Part shown: positions 31,701 to 46,700 of the stretch, piece by piece | Position numbering within the stretch: position 1 is the first letter of the stretch | How the letters are laid out: each line of letters opens with the position of its first letter | The notes under the pieces: generated by a model | The model's input: the letters and a program-made list of their open reading frames with translations, nothing else | The model's database searches: none | What the model was told of the DNA's origin: nothing | Program-made: the position numbers and the translations under genes | Assembly (NCBI GenBank): GCA_964016885.1 | Contig: OZ024744.1 | Coordinates: 74,152,001-74,216,000 of the forward strand | Reading direction: 5' to 3' | Origin: Eledone cirrhosa | Lineage: Eukaryota | DNA length: 64,000 nucleotides

Positions 31701-34700
31701 CACCATTCATATATTAACCATGCTAGAGGCTAGCTAGTTGAGATGGTAAAGCTGCTAAACAATCACAATCACCATTCACGTATCAACCATGCTAGAGTCT
31801 AGCTAGTTGAGATGGTATACCTGCTAAACAATCACAATCTTCATTCACATTTGAACCATGCTAGAGACTAGCTAGTTGAGATGGTATGGCTACTAAACCA
31901 TCACAATCACCATTCACATTTCAACCAAGCTACAGTCTTCCTAGTTGAGATGGTATAGCTGCTAAACCATCACAATCACTATTCACATATCAACCATGCT
32001 AGAGTCTAGCTAGTTGATTTGGTATAGCTGCTAAACCATCACAATCACTATTCACATATCAACCATGCTAGAGGCTAGCTAGTTGAGATGGTAAAGCTGC
32101 TAAACAATCACAATCACCATTCACGTACCAACCATGCTAGAGTGTAGCTAGTCGAGATGGTATACCTGCTAAACAATCACAATCACCATTCACATTTCAA
32201 CCATGCTAGAGACTAGCTAGTTGAGATGGTATGGCTATTAAACCATCACAATCACCATTCACATATCAACGATGCTAGAGTCTAGCTAGTTCAGATGGTA
32301 TAGCTACTAAACAAACTCAATCACTATTCACATTTCAAACATGCTAGAGTCTAGCTAGTTGAGATGGTATAGCTGCTAAATCATCACAATCACTATTCAC
32401 ATATCAACCATGCTAGAGTCTAGCTAATTGAGATGGTATAGCTGCTAAACCATCACAATCACCTTTCACATTTCAACCATACTAGAGTGTAGCTAGTTGA
32501 GATGGTATAGCTACTAAACCATCACAATCACCATTCACATATCAACCATGCTAAAGTCTAGCTAGTTGAGATGGTATAGCTACTAAACCATCACAATCAC
32601 CATTCAAATATGAACCATGCCAAAGTCTAGCTAGTTGAGACGGTATGGCTGCTAAACCATCACAATCACTATTCATGTATCAATCAGGCTAGACTCTAGC
32701 TAGTTGAGATGGATTAGCTGCTAAACCATCACAATCACCATTCACGTATCAACCATGCTAGAGACTAGCTAGTTGAGATGGTATAGTTGCTAAACCATCA
32801 CAATCACCTTTCACATTTCAACAATGCTAGTGTGTAGCTAGTTGAGCTGGTATAGCTACTAAATCATCAAAATCACCATTCACATATCAACCATGCTAGA
32901 GTCTAGGTAGTTGATATGGTATAGCTACTAAATCATCACAATCAACATTCACATATCAACCATGCTAAAGTCTAGCTAGTTGAGAAGGTATGGCTGCTAA
33001 ACCATCACAATCACCATTCACATTTCAAACATGCTAGAGTATAGCTAGTTCAGATTGCATATCTGCTAAACTATCACAATCACCATTCATATATCAACCA
33101 TGCTAGAGTCTAGGTAGTTGAGATGGTATAGCGGCTAAACCATCACAATCACCATTCATATATCAACCATGCTAGAGTCTATCTAGTTGAGATGGTATGG
33201 CTACTAAACCATCACAATTACCATTCACATATCAACGATGCTAGAGTTTAGCTAGTTCAGATGGTATAGCTACTAAACAAACACAATCACTATTCACATT
33301 TCAAACATGCTAGAGTCTAGCTAGTTGAGATGGTATAGCTTCTAAACCATCACAATCACCATTCATATATCAACTATACTAGAGTCTAACTAGTTGAGAT
33401 GGTATAGCTACTAAACCATCACAATCACTATTCATGTATCAATCAGGCTAGACTCTAGCTAGTTGAGATGGATTAGCTGCTAAACCATCACAATCACCAT
33501 TCACGTATCAACCATGCTAGAGACTAGCTAGTTGAGATGGTATAGTTGCTAAACCTTCACAATCACTATTCACATATCAACCATGCTAGAATCTAGCTAG
33601 TTGAGATGGTATAGCTGCTAAACCATCACAATCACCTTTCACATTTCAACAATGCTAGAGTGTAGCTAGTTGAGATGGTATAGCTACTAAATCATCACAA
33701 TCACCATTCACATATCAACCATGCTAGAGTCTAGCTAGTTGAGATGGTATAGCTACTAAATCATCACAATCAACATTCACATATCAACCATGCTAAAGTC
33801 TAGCTAGTTGAGAAGGTATGGCTGCTAAACCATCACAATCACCATTCACATTTCAACCATGCTAGAGTCTAGCTAGTTGAGAAGGTATAGCTGCTAAAAC
33901 ATCACAATCATTATTCACATACCAACCATCCTAGAGTCTAGTTAGTTGATATGGTATAGCTGCTAAACCATCACAATCACCATTCACATATCAACCATGC
34001 TAGAGTCTAGGTAGTTGAGATGGTATAGCTGCTAAACCATCACAATCACCATTCATATATTAACCATGCTAGAGGCTAGCTAGTTGAGATGGTAAAGCTG
34101 CTAAACAATCACAATCACCATTCACGTATCAACCATGCTAGAGTCTAGCTAGTTGAGATGGTATACCTGCTAAACAATCACAATCTTCATTCACATTTGA
34201 ACCATGCTAGAGACTAGCTAGTTGAGATGGTATGGCTACTAAACCATCACAATCACCATTCACATTTCAACCAAGCTACAGTCTTCCTAGTTGAGATGGT
34301 ATAGCTGCTAAACCATCACAATCACTATTCACATATCAACCATGCTAGAGTCTAGCTAGTTGATTTGGTATAGCTGCTAAACCATCACAATCACTATTCA
34401 CATATCAACCATGCTAGAGGCTAGCTAGTTGAGATGGTAAAGCTGCTAAACAATCACAATCACCATTCACGTACCAACCATGCTAGAGTGTAGCTAGTCG
34501 AGATGGTATACCTGCTAAACAATCACAATCACCATTCACATTTCAACCATGCTAGAGACTAGCTAGTTGAGATGGAATGGCTATTAAACCATCACAATCA
34601 CCATTCACATATCAACGATGCTAGAGTCTAGCTAGTTCAGATGGTATAGCTACTAAACAAACTCAATCACTATTCACATTTCAAACATGCTAGAGTCTAG

Positions 34701-37700
34701 CTAGTTGAGATGGTATAGCTGCTAAATCATCACAATCACTATTCACATATCAACCATGCTAGAGTCTAGCTAATTGAGATGGTATAGCTGCTAAACCATC
34801 ACAATCACCTTTCACATTTCAACCATACTAGAGTGTAGCTAGTTGAGATGGTATAGCTACTAAACCATCACAATCACCATTCACATATCAACCATGCTAA
34901 AGTCTAGCTAGTTGAGTTGGTATGGCTGCTAATCCATCACAATCACCATTCATATATCAACCATGCTAGAGTCTAACTAGTTGAGATGGTATAGCTACTA
35001 AACCATCACAATCACCATTCAAATATGAACCATGCCAAAGTCTAGCTAGTTGAGACGGTATGGCTGCTAAACCATCACAATCACTATTCATGTATCAATC
35101 AGGCTAGACTCTAGCTAGTTGAGATGGATTAGCTGCTAAACCATCACAATCACCATTCACGTATCAACCATGCTAGAGACTAGCTAGTTGAGATGGTATA
35201 GTTGCTAAACCATCACAATCACCTTTCACATTTCAACAATGCTAGTGTGTAGCTAGTTGAGCTGGTATAGCTACTAAATCATCAAAATCACCATTCACAT
35301 ATCAACCATGCTAGAGTCTAGGTAGTTGATATGGTATAGCTACTAAATCATCACAATCAACATTCACATATCAACCATGCTAAAGTCTAGCTAGTTGAGA
35401 AGGTATGGCTGCTAAACCATCACAATCACCATTCACATTTCAAACATGCTAGAGTATAGCTAGTTCAGATTGCATATCTGCTAAACTATCACAATCACCA
35501 TTCATATATCAACCATGCTAGAGTCTAGGTAGTTGAGATGGTATAGCGGCTAAACCATCACAATCACCATTCATATATCAACCATGCTAGAGTCTATCTA
35601 GTTGAGATGGTATGGCTACTAAACCATCACAATCACCATTCATATATCAACTATACTAGAGTCTAACTAGTTGAGATGGTATAGCTACTAAACCATCACA
35701 ATCACTATTCATGTATCAATCAGGCTAGACTCTAGCTAGTTGAGATGGATTAGCTGCTAAACCATCACAATCACCATTCACGTATCAACCATGCTAGAGA
35801 CTAGCTAGTTGAGATGGTATAGTTGCTAAACCTTCACAATCACTATTCACATATCAACCATGCTAGAATCTAGCTAGTTGAGATGGTATAGCTGCTAAAC
35901 CATCACAATCACCTTTCACATTTCAACAATGCTAGAGTGTAGCTAGTTGAGATGGTATAGCTACTAAATCATCACAATCACCATTCACATATCAACCATG
36001 CTAGAGTCTAGCTAGTTGAGATGGTATAGCTACTAAATCATCACAATCAACATTCACATATCAACCATGCTAAAGTCTAGCTAGTTGAGAAGGTATGGCT
36101 GCTAAACCATCACAATCACCATTCACATTTCAACCATGCTAGAGTGTAGCTAGTTGAGAAGGTATAGCTGCTAAACCATCACAATCACCATTCACATATC
36201 AACCATGCTAGAGGCTAGCTAGTTGAGATGGTAAAGCTGCTAAACAATCACAATCACCATTCACGTATCAACCATGCTAGAGTGTAGCTAGTCGAGATGG
36301 TATACCTGCTAAACAATCACAATCACCATTCACATTTCAACCATGCTAGAGACTAGGTAGTTGAGATGGTATAGTTGCTAAACTATCACAATCACTATTC
36401 ACATATCAACCATGCTAGAGTCTAGATAGTTGAGATGGTATAGCTGCTAAAGCATCACAATCACCATTCACATATCAACCATGCTAGAGTCTAGCTAGTT
36501 CAGATGGTATAGCTGCTAAAGCATCACATTCACCATTCACATATCAACCATGATAGCGTCTAGCTAGTTGAGATGGTATAGCTGCTAAAGCATCACAATC
36601 ACCATTCACATATCAACCATGCTAGAGTCAATCTAGTTGAGATGGTATAGCTGCTAAACCATCACAATCACCATTCACATATCAACGATGCTAGAGTCTA
36701 GCTAGTTGAGATGGTATAGCTGCTAAACCATCACAATCACCATTCACATATCAACCATGCTAGAGTCTAGCTAGTTGAGATGGTATAGTTGCTAAACCAT
36801 CACAATCACTATTCATATATCAACCATGCTAGAGTCTAGCTAGTTGAGAAGGTATAGCTGCTAAACCATCACAATCATTATTCACATTCCAACCATGCTA
36901 GAGTCTAGTTAGTTGATATGGTATAGCTGCTAAACCATCACATTCACTATTCACATATCAACCATGCTAGAGTCTATCTAGTTGGGATGGTATAGCTACT
37001 AAACAATCACAATCACCATTCACATATCAACCATGCTAGAGTCTAGCTAGTTGAGATGGTATAGCTGCTAAACCATCACAATCACCATTCGCATATCAAC
37101 CATGCTAGAGTCTAGCTTGCTGAGATGTTAAAGCTGCTAAATAATCACAATCACTATTCACATTTCAACCATGCTAGAGTCTAGCTAGTTGAGATGGTAT
37201 AGCTGCTAAACAATCACAATCACTATTCATATATCAACCATGCTAGAGTCTAGCTAGTTGAGATGGTATAGCTGCTAAACCATCACAATCACTATTCATA
37301 TATCAACCATGCTAGACTCTAGCTAGTTGAGATGGATTAGCTGCTAAACCATCACAATCACCATTCACGTAACAACCATGTTAGAGTCTAGCTAGTTGAG
37401 ATGATATAGCTGCTAAACCCTCACAATCACAATCCACATATCAACATTGCTAGAGTCTATCTAGTTGGGATGGTATATCTACTAAACAATCACAATCACC
37501 ATTCACATATCAACCATGCTAGAGTCTAGCTAGTTGAGATGGTATAGCTGCTAAACCATCACAATCACCATTCGCATATCAACCATGCTAGAGTCTAGCT
37601 TGCTGAGATGTTAAAGCTGCTAAAAAATCACAATCACTATTCACATTTCAACCATGCTAGAGTCTAGCTAGTTGAGATGGTATAGCTGCTAAACAATCAC

Positions 37701-40700
37701 AATCACTATTCATATATCAACCATGCTAGAATCTAGCTAGTTGAGATGGTATAGCTGCTAAACCATCACAATCACTATTCATATATCAACCATGCTAGAC
37801 TCTAGCTAGTTGAGATGGATTAGCTGCTAAACAATCACAATCACTATTCATATATCAACCATGCTAGAGTCTAGCTAGTTGAGATGGTATAGCTGCTAAA
37901 CCATCACAATCACTATTCATATATCAACCATGCTAGACTCTAGCTAGTTGAGATGGATTAGCTGCTAAACCATCACAATCACCATTCACATATCAACCAT
38001 GCTAGAGTCTAGGTAGTTGAGATGGTATAGCTGCTAAACCATCACAATCACCATTCATATATCAATCATGCTAGAGTCTAGCTAGTTCAGATGGTATAGC
38101 TGCTAAAGCATCACATTCACCATTCACATATCAACCATGCTAGCGTCTAGCTATTTGAGATAGTATAGCTGCTAAACCATCACAATCACCATTCACATAT
38201 CAACCATGCTAGAGTCTAGCTAGTTGAGATGGTAAAGCTGCTAAATAATCACAATCACCATTCACGTATCAACCATGCTAGAGTCTAGCTTGTTGAGATG
38301 GTATACCTGCTAAACAATCACAATCTTCATTCACATTTCAACCATGCTAGAGACTAGCTAGTTGAGATGGTATGGCTACTAAACCATCACAATCACCATT
38401 CACATTTCAACCAAACTACAGTCTTCCTAGTTGAGATGGTATAGCTGCTAAACCATCACAATCACTATTCACATATCAACCATGCTAGAGTCTAGCTAGT
38501 TGATTTGGTATAGCTGCTAAATCATCACAATCACTATTCACATATCAACCATGCTAGAGGCTAGCTAGTTGAGATGGTAAAGCTGCTAAACACTCACAAT
38601 CACCATTCACGTATCAACCATGCTCGAGTGTAGCTCGTCGAGATGGTATACCTGCTAAATAATCACAATCATCATTCACATTTCAACCATGCTAGAGACT
38701 AGGTAGTTGAGATGGTATAGTTGCTAAACCATCACAATCACTATTCACATATCAACCATGCTAGAGTCTGGATAGTTGAGATGGTATAGCTGCTAAAGCA
38801 TCACAATCACCATTCACATTTCAACCATGCTAGACTCTAGCTAGTTGAGATGGATTAGCTCCTAAACCATCACACTCACCATTCACGTATCAACCATGCT
38901 AGAGTCTAGGTAGTTGAGATGGTATAGCTGCTAAACCATCACAATCACCATTCATATATCAACCATGCTAGAGTCTAGCTAGTTCAGATGGTATAGCTGC
39001 TAAAGCATCACATTCACCATTCACATATCAACCATGCTAGAGTCTATCTAGTTGAGATGGAATAGCTGCTAAACCATCACAATAACCATTCACATATCAA
39101 CGATGCTAGAGTCAAGCTAGTTGAGATTGTATAGCTGCTAAACCATCACAATCACCATTCACATATCAACGATGCTAGAGTCTAGCTAGTTGAGATGGTA
39201 TAGCTGCTAAACCATCACAATCACTATTCATATATCAACCATGCTAAAGTCTAGCTAGTTGAGAAGGTATAGCTGCTAAAACATCACAATCATTATTCAC
39301 ATACCAACCATCCTAGAGTCTAGTTAGTTGATATGGTATAGCTGCTAAACCATCACAATCACCATTCACATATCAACCATGCTAGAGTCTAGGTAGTTGA
39401 GATGGTATAGCTGCTAAACCATCACAATCACCATTCATATATTAACCATGCTAGAGGCTAGCTAGTTGAGATGGTAAAGCTGCTAAACAATCACAATCAC
39501 CATTCACGTATCAACCATGCTAGAGTCTAGCTAGTTGAGATGGTATACCTGCTAAACAATCACAATCTTAATTCACATTTGAACCATGCTAGAGACTAGA
39601 TAGTTGAGATGGTATGGCTACTAAACCATCACAATCACCATTCACATTTCAACCAAGCTACAGTCTTCCTAGTTGAGATGGTATAGCTGCTAAACCATCA
39701 CAATCACTATTCACATATCAACCATGCTAGAGTCTAGCTAGTTGATTTGGTATAGCTGCTAAACCATCACAATCACTATTCACATATCAACCATGCTAGA
39801 GGCTAGCTAGTTGAAATGGTAAAGCTGCTAAACAATCACAATCACCATTCACGTACCAACCATGCTAGAGTGTAGCTAGTCGAGATGGTATACCTGCTAA
39901 ACAATCACAATCACCATTCACATTTCAACCATGCTAGGGACTAGCTAGTTGAGATGGTATGGCTACTAAACCATCACAATCACCATTCACATATCAACGA
40001 TGCTAGAGTCTAGCTAGTTCAGATGGTATAGCTACTAAACAAACTCAATCACTATTCACATTTCAAACATGCTAGAGTCTAGCTAGTTGAGATGGTATAG
40101 CTTCTAAATCATCACAATCACTATTCACATATCAACCATGCTAGAGTCTAGCTAATTGAGATGGTATAGCTGCTAAACCATCACAATCACCTTTCACATT
40201 TCAACCATACTAGAGTGTAGCTAGTTGAGATGGTATAGCTACTAAACCATCACAATCACCATTCACATATCAACCATGCTAAAGTCTAGCTAGTTGAGTT
40301 GGTATGGCTGCTAATCCATCACAATCACCATTCATATATCAACCATGCTAGAGTCTAACTAGTTGAGATGGTATAGCTACTAAACCATCACAATCACCAT
40401 TCAAATATGAACCATGCCAAAGTCTAGCTAGTTGAGACGGTATGGCTGCTAAACCATCACAATCACTATTCATGTATCAATCAGGCTAGACTCTAGCTAG
40501 TTGAGATGGATTAGCTGCTAAACCATCACAATCACCATTCACGTATCAACCATGCTAGAGACTAGCTAGTTGAGATGGTATAGTTGCTAAACCATCACAA
40601 TCACCTTTCACATTTCAACAATGCTAGAGTGTAGCTAGTTGAGATGGTATAGCTACTAAATCATCAAAATCACCATTCACATATCAACCATGCTAAAGTC

Positions 40701-43700
40701 TAGCTAGTTGAGAAGGTATGGCTGCTAAACCATCACGATCACCATTCACATTTCAAACATGCTAGAGTATAGCTAGTTCAGATTGCATAGCTGCTAAACT
40801 ATCACAATCACCATTCATATATCAACCATGCTAGAGTCTAGGTAGTTGAGATGGTATAGCGGCTAAACCATCACAATCACCATTCATATATCAACCATGC
40901 TAGAGTCTATCTAGTTGAGATGGTATGGCTACTAAACCATCACAATTACCATTCACATATCAACGATGCTAGAGTTTAGCTAGTTCAGATGGTATAGCTA
41001 CTAAACAAACACAATCACTATTCACATTTCAAACATGCTAGAGTCTAGCTAGTTGAGATGGTATAGCTTCTAAACCATCACAATCACCATTCATATATCA
41101 ACTATGCTAGAGTCTAACTAGTTGAGATGGTATAGCTACTAAACCATCACAATCACTATTCATGTATCAATCAGGCTAGACTCTAGCTAGTTGAGATGGA
41201 TTAGCTGCTAAACCATCACAATCACCATTCACGTATCAACCATGCTAGAGACTAGCTAGTTGAGATGGTATAGTTGCTAAACCATCACAATCACTATTCA
41301 CATTTCAACAATGCTAGAGTGTAGCTAGTTGAGATGGTATAGCTACTAAATCATCACAATCACCATTCACATATCAACCATGCTAGAGTCTAGCTAGTTG
41401 AGATGGTATAGCTACTAAATCATCACAATCAACATTCACATATCAACAATGCTAAAGTCTAGCTAGTTGAGAAGGTATGGCTGCTAAACCATCACAATCA
41501 CCATTCACATTTCAACCATGCTAGAGTGTAGCTAGTTGAGAAGGTATAGCTGCTAAACCATCACAATCACCATTCACATATCAACCATGCTAGAGGCTAG
41601 CTAGTTGAGATGGTAAAGCTGCTAAACAATCACAATCACCATTCACGTATCAACCATGCTAGAGTGTAACTAGTCGAGATGGTATACCTGCTAAACAATC
41701 AAAATCACCATTCACATTTCAACCATGCTAGAGACTAGGTAGTTGAGATGGTATAGTTGCTAAACTATCACAATCACTATTCACATATCAACCATGCTAG
41801 AGTCTAGATAGTTGAGATGGTATAGCTGCTAAAGCATCACAATCACCATTCACATTTCAACCATGCTAGACACTAGCTAGTTGAGATGGATTAGCTCCCA
41901 AACCATCACACACACCATTCACGTATCAACCATGCTAGAGTCTAGCTAGTTGAGATGGTATAGCTGCTAAACCATTACAATCACAATTCACATATCAACC
42001 ATGCTAAAGACTAGGTAGTTGAGATGGTATAGCTGCTAAACCATCACAATCATTATTCACATACCAACCATGCTAGAGTCTAGTCAGTTGATATGTTATA
42101 GCTGCTAAATCATCACAATCACCATTCACATATCAACCATGCTAGAGTCTAGGTAGTTGATATGGTATAGCTGCTAAACCATCACAATCACCATTCATAT
42201 ATTAACCATGCTAGAGTCTAGCTAGTTGAGATGGTATACCTGCTAAACAATCACAATCTTCATTCTCATTTTAACCCTGCGAGAGACTAGCTAGTTGAGA
42301 TGGTATAGCTGCTAAACAATCACAATCATCATTCACATATCAACGATGCTAGAGTCTAGCTAGTTCAGATGGTATAGCTACTAAACAAACTCAATCGCTA
42401 TTCACATTTCAAACATGCTAGAGTCTAGCTAGTTGAGATGGTATAGTTGATAAACCATCACAATCACTATTCACATATCAACCATGCTAGAGTCTAGCTA
42501 GTTGAGTTGGTATAGCTGCTAAACCATCACAATCACCTTTCACATTTCAACCATACTAGAGTGTAGCTAGTTGAGATGGTATGGCTGCTATTCCATCACA
42601 ATCACCATTCATATATCAACCATGCTAGAGTCTAACTAGTTGAGATGGTATAGCTACTAAACCATCACAATCACTATTCATGTATCAATCAGGCTAGACT
42701 CTAGCTAGTTGAGATGGATTAGCTGCTAAACCATCACAATCACCATTCACGTATCAACCATGCTAGAGACTAGCTAGTTGAGATGGTATAGTTGCTAAAC
42801 CATCACAATCACTATTCACATATCAACCATGCTACAATCTAGCTAGTTGAGATGGTATAGCTGCTAAACCATCTCAATCACCTTTCACATTTCAACAATG
42901 CTAGATTGTAGCTAGTTGAGATGGTATAGCTACTAAATCATCAAAATCACCATTCACATATCAACCATGCTAGAGTCTAGCTAGTTGAGATGTTATAGCT
43001 ACTAAATCATCACAATCAACATTCATATATCAACCATGCTAGAGTCTATCTAGTTGAGATGGTATGGCTACTAAACCATCACAATTACCATTCACATATC
43101 AACGATGCTAGAGTCTAGCTAGTTCAGATGGTATAGCTACTAAACAAACACAATCACTATTCACATTTCAAACATGCTAGAGTCTAGCTAGTTGAGATGG
43201 TATAGTTGCTAAACCATCACAATCACTATTCACATATCAACCATGCTAGAGTCTAGCTAGTTGAGATGGTATAGCTGCTAAACCATCACAATCACCATTC
43301 AAATATCAACCATGCCAAAGTCTAGCTAGTTGAGACGGTATGGCTGCTAAACCATCACAATCACTATTCATGTATCAATCAGGCTAGACTCTAGCTAGTT
43401 GAGATGGATTAGCTGCTAAACCATCACAATCACCATTCACGTATCAACCATGCCAGAGACTAGCTAGTTGAGATGGTATAGTTGCTAAACCATCACAATC
43501 ACTATTCACATATCAACCAAGCTAGAATCTAGCTAATTGAGATGGTATAGCTGCTAAACCATCACAATCAACTTTCACATTTCAACAATGCTAGAGTGTA
43601 GCTAGTTGAGATGGTATAGCTACTAAATCATCACAATCACCATTCACATATCAACCATGCTAGAGTCTAGCTAGTTGAGATGGTATAGCTACTAAATCAT

Positions 43701-46700
43701 CACAATCAACATTCACATATCAACCATGCTAAAGTCTAGCTAGTTGAGAAGGTATGGCTGCTAAACCATCACAATCACCATTCACATTTCAACCATGCTA
43801 GTCTGTAGCTAGTTGAGAAGGTATAGCTGCTAAAGCATCACAATCAGCATTCACATATCAACCATGCTAGAGGTTAGCTAGTTGAGATGGTATAGCTGCT
43901 AAACCATAACAATCACCTTTCACATATCAACCATGCTAGAGTCAAGTTAGTTGAGATGGTATGCCTGCTAAACCATCACAATCACCATTCATATATCAAC
44001 CATGCTAGAGTCTAGCTAGCTGAGATGGTATAGCTGAAAAACCATCACAATCACCATTCACATATCAACCATGCTAGAGTCTAGCTAGTTCAGATGGTAT
44101 AGCTGCTAAACCATCAGAATCACCTTTCACATTTCAACCATGCTAGTGTGTAGCTAGTTGAGATGGTATAGCTACTAAACCATCACAATTACCATTCACA
44201 TATCAACCATGCTAGAGTCTAGCTAGTTGAGATGGTATAGCTACTAAACAATCACAATCACAATTCACATATCAACCATGCTAGAGTCTAGCTAGTTGAG
44301 ATGGTATAGCTGCTAAACCATCACAATCACCATTCACATATCAACGATGCTAGAGTCTTGCTAGTTGAGATGGTATAGCTGCTAAACCATCACAATCACC
44401 ATTCAAATATCAACCATGCTAAAGTCTAGCTAGTTGAGATGGTATGGCTGCTAAACCATCACAATCTCTATTCATGTATCAATCAGGCTAGACTCTAGCT
44501 AGTTGAGATGGTATATCTGCTAACCCATCACCATCACTATTCATATATCAACCCTGACAAAGTCTAGCTAGTTGAGATGGTATAGCTGATAAACCATCAC
44601 AATCACCATTCACATATCAACCATGCTAGAGTCTAGCTAGTTCAGATGGTATAGCTGCTAAAGCATCACATTCACCATTCCCATATCAACCATGATAGCG
44701 TCTAGCTAGTTGAGATGGTATAGCTGCTAAAGCATCACAATCACCATTCACATATCAACCATGCTAGAGTCAATCTAGTTGAGATGGTATAGCTGCTAAA
44801 CCATCACAATCACCATTCACATATCAACCATGCTAGAGTCAAGTTAGTTGAGATGGTATGCCTGTTAAACCATCACAATCACCATTCATATATCAACCAT
44901 GCTAGAGTCTAGCTAGCTGAGATGGTATAGCTGAAAAACCATCACAATCACCATTCACATTTCAACCATGCTAGAGACTAGGTAGTTGAGATGGTATAGT
45001 TGCTAAACTATCACAATCACTATTCACATATCAACCATGCTAGAGTTAATCTAGTTGAGATGGTATAGCTGCTAAACCATCACAATCACCATTCACATAT
45101 CAACCATGCTAGAGTCAAGTTAGTTGAGATGGTATGCCTGCTAAACCATCACAATCACCATTCATATATCAACCATGCTAGAGTCTAGCTAGTTCAGATG
45201 GTATACCTGCTAAACAATCACAATCACCATTCACATTTCAACCATGCTAGAGACTAGGTAGTTGAGATGGTATAGTTGCTAAACTATCACAATCACTATT
45301 CACATATCAACCATGCTAGAGTCTAGATAGTTGAGATGGTATAGCTGCTAAAGCATCACAATCACCATTCACATTTCAACCATGCTAGACACTAGCTAGT
45401 TGAGATGGATTAGCTCCCAAACCATCACACACACCATTCACGTATCAACCATGCTAGAGTCTAGCTAGTTGAGATGGTATAGCTGCTAAGCCATTACAAT
45501 CACAATTCACATATCAACCATGCTAAAGACTAGGTAGTTGAGATGGTATAGCTGCTAAACCATCACAATCATTATTCACATACCAACCATGCTAGAGTCT
45601 AGTCAGTTGATATGTTATAGCTGCTAAATCATCACAATCACCATTCACATATCAACCATGCTAGAGTCTAGGTAGTTGATATGGTATAGCTGCTAAACTA
45701 TCACAATCACCATTCATATATTAACCATGCTAGAGGCTAGCTAGTTGAGATGGTAAAGTTGCTAAACAATCACAATCACCATTCACGTATCAATCATGCT
45801 AGAGTCTAGCTAGTTGAGATGGTATACCTGCTAAACAATCACAATCTTCATTCTCATATCAACGATGCTAGAGTCTAGCTAGTTCAGATGGTATAGCTAC
45901 TAAACAAACTCAATCACTATTCACATTTCAAACATGCTAGAGTCTAGCTAGTTGAGATGGTATAGTTGATAAACCATCACAATCACTATTCACATATCAA
46001 CCATGCTAGAGTCTAGCTAGTTGAGTTGGTATAGCTGCTAAACCATCACAATCACCTTTCACATTTCAACCATACTAGAGTGTAGCTAGTTGAGATGGTA
46101 TAGCTACTAAACCATCACAATCACCATTCACATATCAACCATGCTAAAGTCTAGCTAGTTGAGTTGGTATGGCTGCTATTCCATCACAATCACCATTCAT
46201 ATATCAACCATGCTAGAGTCTAACTAGTTGAGATGGTATAGCTACTAAACCATCACAATCACTATTCATGTATCAATCAGGCTAGACTCTAGCTAGTTGA
46301 GATGGATTAGCTGCTAAACCATCACAATCACCATTCACGTATCAACCATGCTAGAGACTAGCTAGTTGAGATGGTATAGTTGCTAAACCATCACAATCAC
46401 TATTCACATATCAACCATGCTAGAATCTAGCTAGTTGAGATGGTATAGCTGCTAAACCATCTCAATCACCTTTCACATTTCAACAATGCTAGATTGTAGC
46501 TAGTTGAGATGGTATAGCTACTAAATCATCAAAATCACCATTCACATATCAACCATGCTAGAGTCTAGCTAGTTGAGATGGTATAGCTACTAAATCATCA
46601 CAATCAACATTCACATATCAACCATGCTAAAGTCTAGCTAGTTGAGAAGGTATGGCTGCTAAACCATCACAATCACCATTCATATATCAACCATGCTAAA